Assembly (NCBI RefSeq): GCF_006345805.1
Contig: NC_043002.1
Coordinates: 104,346,001-104,410,000 of the forward strand
DNA length: 64,000 bases
Reading direction: 5' to 3'
DNA from: Octopus sinensis
Taxonomy: Eukaryota
In this document: piece after piece, positions 43,169 through 57,248 of the stretch
Position numbering within the stretch: the first letter of the stretch is position 1
Layout: every line of letters begins with the position of its first letter
Made by a program: the position numbers and the translations under genes
Notes under the pieces: generated by a model
What the model was told of the DNA's origin: nothing
Seen by the model: only the letters and a program-made list of their open reading frames with translations
Database searches by the model: none

Positions 43169-43493
43169 GGAGCACTCCGACGGTTACGACGACGAGGGTC
43201 CCAGCTGATATGATCAACAGAACAGCTTGCTCGTGAAGTTAGCGTGCAAGTGGCTGGGCACTCTACAGACACGTGTACCCATAATGTAATTCTCGGGGAG
43301 ATTCAGAGTGACACAGAGTGTGACAAGGCTGGCCTTTTGAAATACAGGTACTACTCAATTTTTGCCAGCTGAGTGCACTGGAGCAACGGGAAATAAAGTG
43401 TCTTGCTCAAAGACAAAACGCGTAGCTGGGAATTGAACTCACGACCCTACGGTCGTGAGCTGAATACCTTTAACCACTAAGCCACGCGCCTTC
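43169..43493 (-). mobile_element. SINE family 2B copy
   Basis: Homologous to 42612-42936 over its full length. Confidence 0.9.
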
Positions 43494-43571
43494 ATATATG
43501 CATGTATGTATGTATGTATGTGTGTGTATGTATGTGTGTGTATGTATGTATAGAAAGATAGACATACAGAC

Positions 43572-43637
<66 letters not shown>

Positions 43638-43643
43638 CTATAT

Positions 43644-43725
<82 letters not shown>

Positions 43726-43756
43726 AATAGATAGATAGATAGATAGATAGATAGAT

Positions 43757-43801
<45 letters not shown>

Positions 43802-44203
43802 ACTGCATAAAAATCTTTAGACACAAAACTTTAAATCCTGTACTCGGCGCAGATAGAAGACTCCAAATGATTGAAATGAAGAACCTCCTTATAATGAGCA
43901 ACCTTTCCTTATGAAACTCTATTCTTAACCGCAATCCACCAGTTCACATTTCATATCTAGACGTTCCTTCTGCCTCCTGCAAAAATTTATAATTTGTGAA
44001 CTTCATTAAGAATGTAGAATATGTTGGTTTACCCCTGTTGACAATTTCGCTTGTACAAAAGACGAGAGCAGAATGCTCGTTTGTCGAGTTTAATATTCAG
44101 TTCTATATCTACGAGGTGCGTGATTATTTACATTATATACATTATTTACATTATCTACATTACTTACATTTGTCGGATATCTGTCCTCGTCTTGTTTGTT
44201 GTT

Positions 44204-44249
44204 AACACAACGTTTCGGCTGATATACCCTCCAGCCTTCATCAGGTGAC
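44204..44249 (-). ncRNA. Minimal type I hammerhead ribozyme motif (family C)
   Basis: Minus strand GTCAC-CTGATGA-A-GGCTG(GAGGGTATAT)CAGCC-GAAAC-GT-T-GTGTT: intact core, 5-bp stem II, palindromic ACGT stem III (dimer type), GUU triplet. Confidence 0.68.
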
Positions 44250-44310
44250 TTACGGAAATCTCGAACCCGGGTTCCCATTCCTAAGGTATTTTTCGTTGTT
44301 GTTGTTGTTA

Positions 44311-44353
<43 letters not shown>

Positions 44354-44569
44354 CATTATTATTATTATTCACTGCCTATAATCGAACTCGGAATATTGGG
44401 GTTAGTAGCCTGCGCTCTTAGCCAATATGCTATATGCTCGTTAGCAATTATGGAGTGAATTTTAATGATAGGAAAATTTCAGATTTATAAGCCCTAAAAC
44501 TCACTCCATGATTGCCGACGGGCATATGGCGTTGTGGTTAAGAGCGCAGGCTACTAAACCCACGATTCC

Positions 44570-44604
<35 letters not shown>

Positions 44605-44682
44605 GAAGAAGAAGAAGAACAACAACAACAACAACATCGAAAAAACCTTAGCAATAAGAACGTAGGTTCGAAATTTCCCCAA

Positions 44683-44729
44683 GACACCTGGTGAAGGCTG
44701 GCGGGTATATCAGGCGAAACGTTGTATTA
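44683..44729 (+). ncRNA. Degenerate hammerhead motif (family C, right arm)
   Basis: GACAC-CTGGTGA-A-GGCTG..CAGGC-GAAACGTT-GTATT; core A6->G and one stem II mismatch. Confidence 0.5.
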
Positions 44730-45377
44730 ACAACAAAGATGGGGACAAATATCCGTCAAATGTAAATACTGTAAATAATGTTTAATAATCTGTGATTCTA
44801 ATCCTTAGTGTTGGTGAGATTTAACCTCACCTCCACGTTTATCAATTAGACCGATGATGAACTTTGTGACAACTCTTACCGTCTTTTAGAGTTTGTGCCA
44901 CTAACAGTCAGCCTTTATCAAATAGACCCATGACAAATGTCGTGACAACCGTGACAGCCATTGGCCAACTAAATGATAGGCCAAAAGTCATTTTCAGTCA
45001 GTCTGCAATCTCAGTCCGTGTGATTCTAGCCAACAAGTGTGTTCTTTATTGTAACTGAATTTTCCTGATCTATTAAAGTTCTTCCTGATTCCCAGGGCTG
45101 CTGTATTCAGGGCATATATATTGTGACACCCAATCACAGACAACTATACACGTATCAATTCGATTTAGTTATATACTGCTTTCTCATTCCTCGTGCCAAA
45201 CACTTCTCGACTTTTCCTCAAATTTAAATGTTGGCCCTCATCAATACCATTATTGTTCATGCCTTCACCAATTGTGTTGATTTAAACAAACTGAAAGAAC
45301 ATTAATTGCATCAATCACCCTGCTTCTGGAGGTCTGCGAAATTTCTGACTAATTGAAAACCTTCAAACTGGGAACAT

Positions 45378-45480
<103 letters not shown>

Positions 45481-45681
45481 ATGTATGTATGTATGTATGT
45501 GTGTGTGTGTGTGGTGTGTGTGTGTGTGTGTGTGTGGATCAAAACAGTTTCATTCAAATTCGTTGGTACTCCTGAGTTTCAAGTGTGATGCTAGTCGTTA
45601 GTCATTTTGAATTTGAATGTATTGAAATTGAAAATGGCTGACCAATGTTTCAGTGCCCTTCTTTCGTTTGTCCACTCACTC

Positions 45682-45794
<113 letters not shown>

Positions 45795-48049
45795 TGTATG
45801 TATGTATGTATACATGCATACCTAAACACATATTCTGCTCTAGAATTCAGTTCAAATAACAAACAAATATTAAGCTAATATCTAGTGAAAGGCCTTATTA
45901 GAGGAAATAACAATCCGTCATAGACTTCTAGTTGATGGAAAGACAGAAATGGTTATAGCCAAAATGCATTTAAGCATTGGCGTACTCTGTAATTGAAGAA
46001 CCAGGGATACCAATAACTGACATCAATATCAACCAACACGCCAACGATAATCCGAACGATTACGACTGCGGTGATGACGACATCATGTTTAAGAATGGAC
46101 GGTTTGCTGGCAAACATTTGCATTGAAACACTTTATGATAAACCACTCGTCTCTGTTGTGTTTTTCCGGTTCTACAACTTCTGTTCATCTTGTATACTTG
46201 CTATTTTCTGCAGCGAACAGGTAAATGTATTATGGCTCTAAATATAAATAACACCATTTGTCGTTTCGCTGATATTTCTCGCCGATGGCGCGATCTCGAT
46301 ATATGAATAATGGTAGGTACATAAATAATAGATTATCCTAAGTTAAAACTAATGGAATGCAGATTATTTTCTTAATCTACAACTGAGAAATTGTGATACG
46401 GGGACTCAATATTGATATAAATATTGTGTCAAAAGATCAAGAAATATATATTTTCTTTTCTCATATGCTTGGATGCGATTTTAAAAATGTCACGCAAAAC
46501 TTTTTTTCCTCATAGCATAAAAAAATGTTGTTACAATTCCGGGATGACCTTCAAATGTTGTTAAAACAAAAGGCGTTTACCTAGTAGCGGTTACTGGTCT
46601 AGTAGAGGATAAACAATGTTTAGAAACTGCATTATTAATTTATCAGTTTGAACTACATGTTCGTTTTTTACATTTCTTTTGCCTCATGTAAAACGAAGTA
46701 ATGTTTCGTTCGAACACGTTGTGACAATAACTAAGTTTCTCCGCAGCTAAATGTCATTACACAAGTTGTACCAACGTTGAATTGTTAACGATATAACTGC
46801 TTTGGAATATATATGGAGCCGTTTCCTTTCAGGAAATGTTGTTTAGCTTATCTCCGCTTAACTTGGCGTCCTTTTGAAGTAACTTATACTATTGATTTAA
46901 AACATGTTTTAATGGTTTTAGCTAAATCAGGCAAATTAAGTAGATGCCAGTCTTTTAGATGGCTATTGATATCAATCACTGCGCTGATGAGTTCTAGGGA
47001 CACTACACGGTTTTTAACTAAGTGGTGCTTTACATACACTGATTCGGTTTTATTAATTTAGATTGGTGAGCACTTAGAGACGCTCTTCTGTAATTGCATT
47101 TCGTTCGTTCTCCGACGAGGGATGATGTGACAAATGATTAACTGCACTATTAATTCCGTGTCGTGTTCGCTGGTTGTTCTGTTTTATTGTGTTACGTAAT
47201 GGCCAGATCAGTCGCCATCTGATAGGTTCCAGCTGCCAAGTTTGGTTTTGTTATACAGTGAAGTATGTATCAACATATCTAATGAGGTTAGGCGGATAAT
47301 TTTAATTAATCCTGACTATATCGGTAGTGAATGGGAGACAAACATAGTTGAATAATGCCTAATGAAGGAAAATAAAGGTATGGACGAAACGCGAATTCAA
47401 GGATTTCTATACATTTCCAAGCGTAGCATTTTCAATCAAGAAGACAATAAAATATTTGACAAATTTCCGGTGGAATTACTTTAGATGGAGATCGTGTTGG
47501 CTTCCAAATTCATGTTGTCTCCTCAGCAATGTATTACAAATGTGAGAGATGCATTTGGTGGCTGTCGCTTAAGGGGTTTTGAAGCCTGAAAAAGTGATCG
47601 TCTATCAGTTACTGCTCGTCTGTCAGGTACTGCCCTCCTCTCTGATAATGCTTGTCTCACAGATACTGCCCGTCAACTAGGTACCACCTTCACTTTTTAG
47701 CATTACGAAAATAACTGTTGAAGAATGAATTATTAATTAGAATTATTAATATGTTTATGTAGTTAGCTAAGAAGACAGATAAATTAAATGAGAATAGAAT
47801 ATCTGAAATTAAGAATTATCAAAGAGAATGATTACTAATCTGCTAAATTAGAAATTAGGTGATGGTAGACATACACAAACTACTAATTGTTGGAGCAGTA
47901 AACTTTATATTCAAGTGCAGAGATAGTTATAGCCATGCAAAAGAGGAAGATTTTTAACGGCAAACCACGACGTGTATAATTTCGAAATAAACTGTTTACA
48001 TATGTATTACTAAATTTCAAACAAAACGTGATCAATCAATAATGGTCAT

Positions 48050-48090
<41 letters not shown>

Positions 48091-48290
48091 TTTACATATG
48101 TATTACTAAATAAACTGTTTACATATATATATATATAAACTGTTTACATATGTATTACTAAATAAACTGTTTACATATGTATTACTAAATAAACTGTTTA
48201 CATATGTATTACTAAATTTCAAACAAAACGTGATCAATCATAATGGTCATCCTATATATATATATATATATTATATATATATATATATAA

Positions 48291-48343
<53 letters not shown>

Positions 48344-48344
48344 C

Positions 48345-48705
<361 letters not shown>

Positions 48706-48743
48706 TAGAAAGAGACAGACAGACAGACCTTCCTGTAAATATA

Positions 48744-48827
48744 CGAGGGGCGTATCAAAAGTCTTGTGCCTCAAAAAAAAAAACATGCTACAAGACTTCA
48801 AGGCTCAAAATTTTCATACACCCCTCG
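48744..48827. mobile_element. 84-bp mariner-type MITE
   Basis: TIRs CGAGGGGCGTATCAAAA / TTTTCATACACCCCTCG with TA on both sides (48742-43, 48828-29). Confidence 0.82.
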
Positions 48828-48835
48828 TATATCAG

Positions 48836-49110
48836 GGAAGGTGCTTAGCTATGTAGCTGGAGTATTCGGTTAACGATCATCGAGGTCGTGAGACCGATTC
48901 CATGCGGCGCGTTATGTCTCTTGAGGAAGATTCTTTATTTCGCGTTGTTCCAGTGCAGTGAGTTTTACCTGTAATCAAAAGGGTCAGACTTGTCGCATCT
49001 CTTGAGAACTTAGTTAAGGGCAAGCGTATCAATGGCGTGCTCGGAAGACCGTTCAGTTGATGTGGTCAGCTGGAACAGTCATCGTCGCATCCGACGTAGT
49101 GCCTATTACA
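48836..49110 (+). mobile_element. Old diverged SINE family 2B copy
   Basis: Recognisable but diverged match to the reverse complement of 42612-42936. Confidence 0.65.
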
Positions 49111-52100
49111 CACACACACATATATATATATATGTGTGTGTGTATGTGTGTGTATTTCCTAATTCAATTCACCACGGTTTGCTCATCTTCCTTTTTCATG
49201 ATAGCAACTTATTTGTAAAAGTTTTACGTTTACTTAGTGTATTGAAAAATATAGGTCTTTATCGTGAAGGCCAGATTGAAAGGTACTTATCAACTGGATT
49301 GATCATTATGTTTTTTTAAGTATACCTTTACAAACGTAGGACTATTACTTATTTCGCTAAAAATGTTTTTACGGTGAAGCGTTATGAAAAAAAATGCGAT
49401 CCATATAACTGATGTGCAATAGGCCTCAGATCGCATTTCGTCTAATTGCAAAAGATTTTTTTTGTTTTAATCGCTCGTTTCGGAATTGTCTCATTTGCAT
49501 GTTCTTCATTATATTCTTGCATTCCGCCCACACAATAGCTTCATTGAAGACTTCAATTAATCACAGATTTTAAACCCACAATATGATTAGTTCTAATGTA
49601 TTAACATGTTTACCAATTAGCTCTGGTAGTTTTATGTCTTCATAGCAGGTTATAACTTTCAATGTTCTAAATGTCTGCTGCAGTGTCTTGCTTTCTTGAA
49701 GTTGTTGTTTTAAGTTCTTCTTCTTTGTGGTGGGGGGGGGGGGATGTTATATTTTATACATGATTCCAAGAATTTTTCTCCGGTGCGCTTGAGAGGTATT
49801 TTCGTTGTTCAGTCTGATAGTTGGCTGTTCTTCGGAGTTGCTCTTAAGAAAGGCGATGGTGGATTTAGCAAATTCTATTTTCGTCTAGATGTTTGTAATC
49901 ATGTTTCTAGGTGGATGATAGAACATTGGAGTGGTTGTGCAGCTTTTTCTTGGGGGAAATCTGAGAGGTTGCTAGTGTGAAATCACCTGCTCATGAGGTT
50001 GTCTGCATGTTTGCTGAGACGTAGGCGGCTCACGTACATAAACGTTGTATGAGGAAAAAATAACTATTAAATTGAAATATTTAAAAATACTCGATGCAGT
50101 GTTATTGTAGCTTGTCTGTGTTCGACAATGTGAGATCTAGTTTGAGTGGTTAGCACTGTATCTGTTTCATATTTAATTTCTTGAAAAACATGCGAGTCAA
50201 AATATGTGCCATTAAGGTTAGTAGGGAAGTAGAAGAATGAATGTGTATTGGTGACCTGCTCAGGATTTTTATCATATTTTTTAAATAATAGTCGTGAATA
50301 ATGTAGTAGAAAGAGTAATGTGTGTATGTTAGTTTAGTCAAAGATGCGCGGTTCTGAGTCTCGTCTCTGAGCAGTGATAGGAAAGATTACTCTTTGGCTG
50401 ATGTCTTTAGATCACGAAATTTATATAAGAATAAAAATTAGTTAATTCTAATATGATTGTTGTGTATTTGTAGGTCATTACTGATACAAAATTTGGCAAA
50501 TATCAACCGATCGGCGAAATGCTACACGAAGTTTCAATTTTATATTTTGAAAAACAAAGTGCGAGGCACAGAATACTGCTTTCGCAAGACCATAGTATAT
50601 ATAGAAGCATATTAAGAAATATTTTGAGGTTATACAAGTTCACAGAGGGTGGTTCCATGTAAAGAGATAGACGTACTAAGTTGACAGCAGGCGACTCTCA
50701 AATCTCGCCATAATGATGTGGAAGACACATTGAATAATGTTTTGGAAGAAAAAGGTTGCGTTTTTAACATACTGAAAAATTTACATTATATTCTTCTGGA
50801 TCAGAGGTGGCCTGTGATTAAACAGCAGCAACGCCAACACCACTCGGTATTGCTTGTTTCCTATTTTGTATTCGTTGTAAATATGTGGTAACTATAAAAG
50901 CGAAAGCACATTAGAGTACCATTGACAAATCATCATGAGGTTGCGCTGAAACTGTTGTCAGTATTGAATTCCATAAAAGCTGATCAAGTATTCACACGAA
51001 GATTCATTAAGAACAGTGCAACGAGATTACATAAACTGCACATCGAGACAAACTATCTGATTCTCTGGCGTACCACATGCATTAATCTAACTGATATTAA
51101 TAAGAGAACGAATAATTAAATTATTGCATATTAAATGTTAACAAAAGATCAAAGTGAGTGATTAGTACTTGGAGAATTCGTTTCATCATCTGATATAATG
51201 AGTCATTGTGTGAAAGAAATGTGGTTCACAGCAGCAGAGGCAACATAGAGATTATGCTGGACTGGGTTTAATCATGGATCGCTATATCCATTGTGATATC
51301 TATTATTACATTCGTCAATAAGTTCCTTCCGCTCATTAACCTTAATATATCTAGCTAAACCTGACCATTAGAGCTCGCCGAGGATAACATCGAAATTACT
51401 GATATTATCATAACACTTGATAAGAGCATCTGGAACGTTATTATTTATGGTATCACTAATATCTCATGTAACCACGGCTGCGCTGACAACTGCAATGAAA
51501 CCACCATTGCTTCACAGCTCATCAAATCTAACACTTCAACAAGGTGAGAACACTATAATTTTCTCAAACATGTCCATCAACAAAACACATGCTTTTATTG
51601 ATCAATGCAACCGGTTTGTCGTTGCTATACGTTATATTCCAAAGTTCCTTCTTTATGTATTTCTAAAATATAAACTATATTTAGTGGTATTGAGAATGAT
51701 TGAAAAAAATGCTGGCATATATTATTCCCAATGCCGTCTTACCATTTCAATTGTTCTAACTACAAAGAAATGATAAACTACATGGAATAACACATGCTAA
51801 TAATGCAGCACACAGTAATTCAAAGACATAATCTTCAGCGCTATGACAGCTTCAATACTGATAATAAATTGCTTTCGATTTTATTACATCAGTTTTTTTT
51901 TATCGAATTTTATTAATTATAAAAAAAAAGAAAATATTCCCCCGGGAACCTGTCATGGCAATAAAGCTATCAAAACAATCTCGCTGCAAGTGGAAATAAC
52001 CATGATTGCTATGGAAGAGCAAAGTACGTTATAGACATAATTTTAGATGAGGAATATTCACAATAGGTTTTCTTTGAGTATCATATGCTCGTTCGATTGA

Positions 52101-52323
52101 ATCTACTTAAATGCGTCTCGAAGTCAGCCATTCTATATAACAATGGAAATAATAATATATAGGTACAACCGATATCTTTAATAATTTTGCAGTTTCTACC
52201 AAAGAATAAAGAAGATTCACTGAAAGCGTTGTTGCATGTAATGCATGTGTAATATACATGCACACACTCACACACACACACACACACGTATGTATATGCA
52301 TAACTTTATATATATTTCTTTAC

Positions 52324-52394
<71 letters not shown>

Positions 52395-52475
52395 ACATAG
52401 AAATACATTCAGGTATGCATATATATATATGTGTGTGTGTGTGTGTGGTGTGTGCGTGTTTTGTGTATGTGTGCG

Positions 52476-52511
<36 letters not shown>

Positions 52512-53129
52512 ATATATATACATACATATACATGTGTGTGTGTGTGACAAATGAGAAAACAGACAATGAAATTCTCGAGAAATTTTATTGCTCACAACGA
52601 TCGTTTCGACCCCTCTTGCATCGACTTTTTGTGGGAGAGATACTGTACAGCTAGTTCCTGGTGAATCGTTCGTTGCAGTTGTATCTATAGGGATGAATTT
52701 TCAAAATGTACCTCGTTTAGCCTGTAGGTGGTTACCTATAGGCTTCGAGGTTTAGAATATAATTCATTTTTCTATATATACATTTATATTTATTTAGTAG
52801 ATGACCACAAAAGTATGAGGGCTTGTTACTGTTTTTGATAGGTATGTACAGGTAGATGTTGCGTTAGTGTTGATAAGGCTTTCGGCTCTATTCCTACGAA
52901 TTGGCTTTAGTTTCAATGAAATTATTTATCTTGCAGACATTTATTTTTGTATTCATACATATGTGAATATTCATGAACATAAACACAAATTTATACACAA
53001 ATAACTATTCATCCTTTAATTTCGCTTACGGGAAACGGTTTGAATACGCATATAGATGTTCCTACTATATTATGCCAGCAACAGTCTAACGATGCAACCA
53101 CAAAAAGCTGGCATTATTATTATGCAGGT

Positions 53130-53220
53130 AACTGCATGGAATCGAACTCGGAATCTTGGGGTTAGTAGCCCGCGCTCTTTACCACTATGCCATATGCCCA
53201 CGGGCATAATAATGATGATG

Positions 53221-53293
<73 letters not shown>

Positions 53294-53304
53294 TAATAAT
53301 AATA

Positions 53305-53367
<63 letters not shown>

Positions 53368-53530
53368 CAATAATAATAACATCGAAAAATACCTTAGGAC
53401 TAAGAACCCAGGTTCGAAATTTCCCCAAGATGAAGGCTGGAGGGTATATCAGCCGAAACGTTATGTTAACAACGAACAAGATGAGGACAAATATCCCTCA
53501 AATGTAAATAATATGAATAATATGTAATAG
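53130..53530. mobile_element. Second family C element with central deletion
   Basis: Minus-strand tRNA-like head with A-box TGGCATAGTGG and B-box GAGTTCGATTCC, joined at ATGCCCACGGGCAT to a plus-strand (AAT)n and the hammerhead-bearing tail; the ribozyme core has lost CACCTGA. Confidence 0.85.
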
Positions 53531-54020
53531 ACCAGACGTATCGATTATAGATAATGAAAAGCGAATTTGCTTACTGATCAACCAGTCTTGCTCGTTTAAT
53601 TCCAGGATTTTACAGAAAGTGGAAAAAACCAATGGTGCCCCAGCATGGCCGCGGCCTTAGGGCTAAAGCATTTTTAAGGATTTAAGGATTAGAAAATAAG
53701 TCAATCCTTAACATTTGAAAGAGGAAGAATTTAGAGCATGAAAACAGTGAAGGTCGTTTCCATAACAACTGTTGCTTTGTGAACAGTAAACAAAGTTATA
53801 GACAAATATCTGTAGGAGATTCAAATAGACTGCCCCGTTGAGCTCCTGCAGAAAGTTTGTCTTTTAGGGGCAGCAATGATTATCAGGAGTGTTCTAAGCA
53901 CTTGAAAGACAATTGAAATCCTGTGGACACCTAAGGCTACAGGTAGTAACTAGCTACCCACATAAATCCTACCAGGAATAACATCGAACCTGAGCTAAAC
54001 GAAAATAATAATAATAATAA

Positions 54021-54235
54021 TCCTTTCTACTATAGACATAAGACCTGAAATTTTGTTGGATGTTACTAGTGGACTACATCGAATCCAGTCCATGACTGGT
54101 ACTTATTTTATCAACCTCGAAAGGATGAAAAGTAAAGTCGATCTCGGTGAAATCTGAACGCACGATTTAAAGATGGACGAAATACTGCTAACCATTTTGA
54201 CCAGCGCTGGAACGATTCTGCTAGCTCGTAACCTA
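54021..54235 (-). mobile_element. Diverged SINE family 3 copy
   Basis: Homology to 33256-33420 and 35760-35970. Confidence 0.7.
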
Positions 54236-54749
54236 GAAAATGAGCCACGTAAAAAGTTGATATTTGGTTCCATAACATCTCCCGATTCCAGACATTATTC
54301 TGAGGGGTTTTGGCTGTGCAACACAGCTTAGAATCTTCGCAGTGCAAAGGAAATTGTAACTACAGCCAGAAAAATACATCACAACGTTGATTAGCAAATT
54401 TGTACATGGAGAAATCATATAGGTAAATATTTGAGAATGCATGTACATTGTTTGTAGAATATGAAATAAAAGATTTTGAAAGGAAGCAATTTTAGACAAA
54501 CAATATCACAAAAATAATATTTATTAAACGTTTGCTGGTAACAACCTTAATTTCAAGAATGTAACCTAATTAAAACATGAATTTTTCTAAAAACAAAAAT
54601 AGCAGGAAATTTCCTAAATTTGTAATTATTTCGAATAGTCTTTGTAATGACACGAAATATATTTTATATTAAAAGCAAGAATCAAGTGAAATTTGAAGTT
54701 TTAACATTTTGCTCTCAGAAATGCGGTGGGAATCAAAGTAGCAATAAAT

Positions 54750-54782
<33 letters not shown>

Positions 54783-54818
54783 TAGTAGTAGTAGTAGTAG
54801 TAGTGTAGTAGTAGTGGT

Positions 54819-54857
<39 letters not shown>

Positions 54858-54936
54858 TGTAGTAGTAGCAATAGCAGCAGCAGTAGTAGTAGTAGCAGCA
54901 GCAGTAGCAACAGTAATAGTGGTAGTAGTAGTAGTG

Positions 54937-54972
<36 letters not shown>

Positions 54973-55050
54973 GTATTGGCGGTGGTGGTGCTAGAGATGG
55001 TGGTGTGGTGATGTTGGTAGTGGTGGCGGTGGCGGTGGCGGCGGCGGCGA
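54750..55050. repeat. (TAG)n/(CAG)n/(TGG)n compound microsatellite
   Basis: Directly visible. Confidence 0.93.
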
Positions 55051-55881
55051 TGCCGATGGTAATGGTATTGCTTGGTATAAGTAAAGAAGACGAAGAAAAC
55101 AAGGGAAAAAGGGGAGGACACGAAAAAGAGGTGGAGACGAAGATAAGTAAGAAGAAAGAATAAAGACAAGAACAAGAACTTGAAGAAGATTAATATTATG
55201 CCATTTTATCTGTAAACACACAACAAAATCAAAACGCTGCTTGATAAATAATAGCATTATCGAAGGTCATTGAGTTTTCTTTGCCCAACTGCGTTGAAAA
55301 TATGTATAATCCGATCTTTTTCAAATTCCAGTTTTGCATTTATTTATTACTCATCCTTACAGCGTTTGTGTTTTCACCTCATCCACCCTTTATTATTACC
55401 TGAAAGAATTTAAAATTGATGCTATTTTCAATGTAAGTATCTGATATCAAATTCTAAGGAGATGATAGAATGAAATTCAAGCTATGTGTTTGTACAATAT
55501 TTCCAGGATATAAAGAATCTAGGATACACGTACATATTATTACGCAATATATGCTTTATAGTTATATAACTGCAAGTGCTTACTCTTATTTCCGCTGGAA
55601 ATCCAGCTTAAAATACTTAATTTCATTTAATTACGCTGTTTCGTGTGTTGTGCACGTCAGTGGGTGTAGATGTGGGCGTAGATTTTGGTCGATGGAAGTG
55701 GGTTTTGTATGTGGGAAGGGTTGAGATTGGTTCTTATTCGTTAACAGGAACAGGAGATAGATATATGTGTAGGTAACTAGGGAGGTAGATAGACAGGTAG
55801 ATATATAGATAGATAGGTAAGTGGGTAGATAGATAGGTAGGTAGGTAGGTACGTTGAGTACATGAAGACATATATGTACTT

Positions 55882-55914
<33 letters not shown>

Positions 55915-57074
55915 AGAAAAAGGAGATTGAAGTTGTGCTTTTGATGTATTCTTAAATGCTTAGAAGTTGAGTCATCCATCTACAATACAAATGCATACCA
56001 TTTCTATGCTGGCTCCATTATAAAATCTTCATTTCTCCTGTTTGCGTACAACAGGAAACTCAGTAAAAAGCTCACAGCCCACAGAACAACGGTTTTCACG
56101 TACACACACAGAATAAACCAGCACACGCACAGAACGTTAAATTCTAAGATCTAACTCCATTGCCACTTAGATAGCCTAGAGCGCTATTAAACTATGTCCT
56201 CTAACAGACTTTAATGTGTATGCCTATAATGTATACGCCTTATCGCATTTGAATTATTCCAACTCTTATACCGTAAAATATTTACCTCTTTCACTTTATA
56301 ATATATTTCAATATTTTTATGCCCAGAGAACACTGAAAAGTGAGAGGATTTATGCTTTAGGTTTAGAATAACGACTAACATCGCCATAAGCCATACATAA
56401 TAATATAGAGATCATAGAACGAGTTACTAGGTAAAACCTATGAGCACAGGCATGTAATAATTTATGGAATTCTCGCTATGATAAAATGATTTATGATATG
56501 ATTCGATATATATTGAAAGTGAGAAATGGCATGTCCTTAAGTATACTAAGATATATAATTCAAAGTGTTCGTTAAATCGAACTGGAGAATACACCTTAAA
56601 GAGAGATGAGGCAAACTCTTTCAAGTCAGGTTAGTATACATTTTTATTTGAATGAGATAAATACTTAAACATGAGAGTATTTATAATTTAAGATTAACAT
56701 GCGGTAATTTTTGGACGTTAAAGTCAAGAAGGCCTTACGCTTTCAACTGAGTGATGTTACGAAGTGTCCTCTGAGAAAGGGTATATACTATATATTGGTT
56801 GGGTGCATTGATCTAAGCATGATGTAGGCTATATATTTTAAAGTGATATCGTGGACACACTTTCTAGCGGGAGATACCGTATACATCCTATTGATGTTGC
56901 GCATATTCATTGTAGTGAGGCATAATATATATTTCAAATTAAGAGGGGGCACGCGATATAAAATGCGAGAAAAGAGACTATATAGTTCGACAGGTTCTTA
57001 TTCAAATACATACAAGTTATAGATTTTAAAATAACATTTTAAATACACACACGCACAAACACACACACACACAC

Positions 57075-57133
<59 letters not shown>

Positions 57134-57248
57134 TATGTATGTGTGTGTGTGTGTGTGAGTGTGTGTATGTATATATATATATATATATATATATGGTTGG
57201 CGATTTTTTTCCTCCGTCTTCCCTTCTTTGGATCTTTCCTTTTCCTAT

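Larger units (their letters stand above)
44110..44790. mobile_element. Fold-back element: [hammerhead-(AAT)n-tRNA-like head] spacer [tRNA-like head-(AAT)n-hammerhead] (family C)
   Basis: 44140-44465 is the inverted counterpart of 44497-44785; each arm has a tRNA-like head, an AAT/AAC tract and an AGGCTG..CAG(C/G)CGAAACGTT motif. Confidence 0.85.

Noticed and set aside
36719-44560. Functional tRNA genes at SINE and family C heads
   Set aside because: They lack a proper acceptor stem and continue into repeat bodies present in multiple diverged copies.
47355-47402. CTAATGA...GGACGAAACGCG hammerhead-like string
   Set aside because: G5 is altered and no stem II pairing exists.
51417-51543. Signal-peptide-like ORF start ending at a CAAG/GTGAG donor
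   Set aside because: Starts at TTG right after an in-frame stop. The first ATG gives a poor signal peptide, and no downstream exon was found.
52585-52640. Minus-strand GAAAC-GATC-GTT-GTGAG followed by AATAAA (hammerhead 3' half)
   Set aside because: No recognisable CTGANGA core or stem II; possibly a decayed motif, but unsupported.
55361-55399. 39-nt minus-strand micro-exon with good splice signals
   Set aside because: Stop codons in all three frames; such signals arise by chance in AT-rich DNA.
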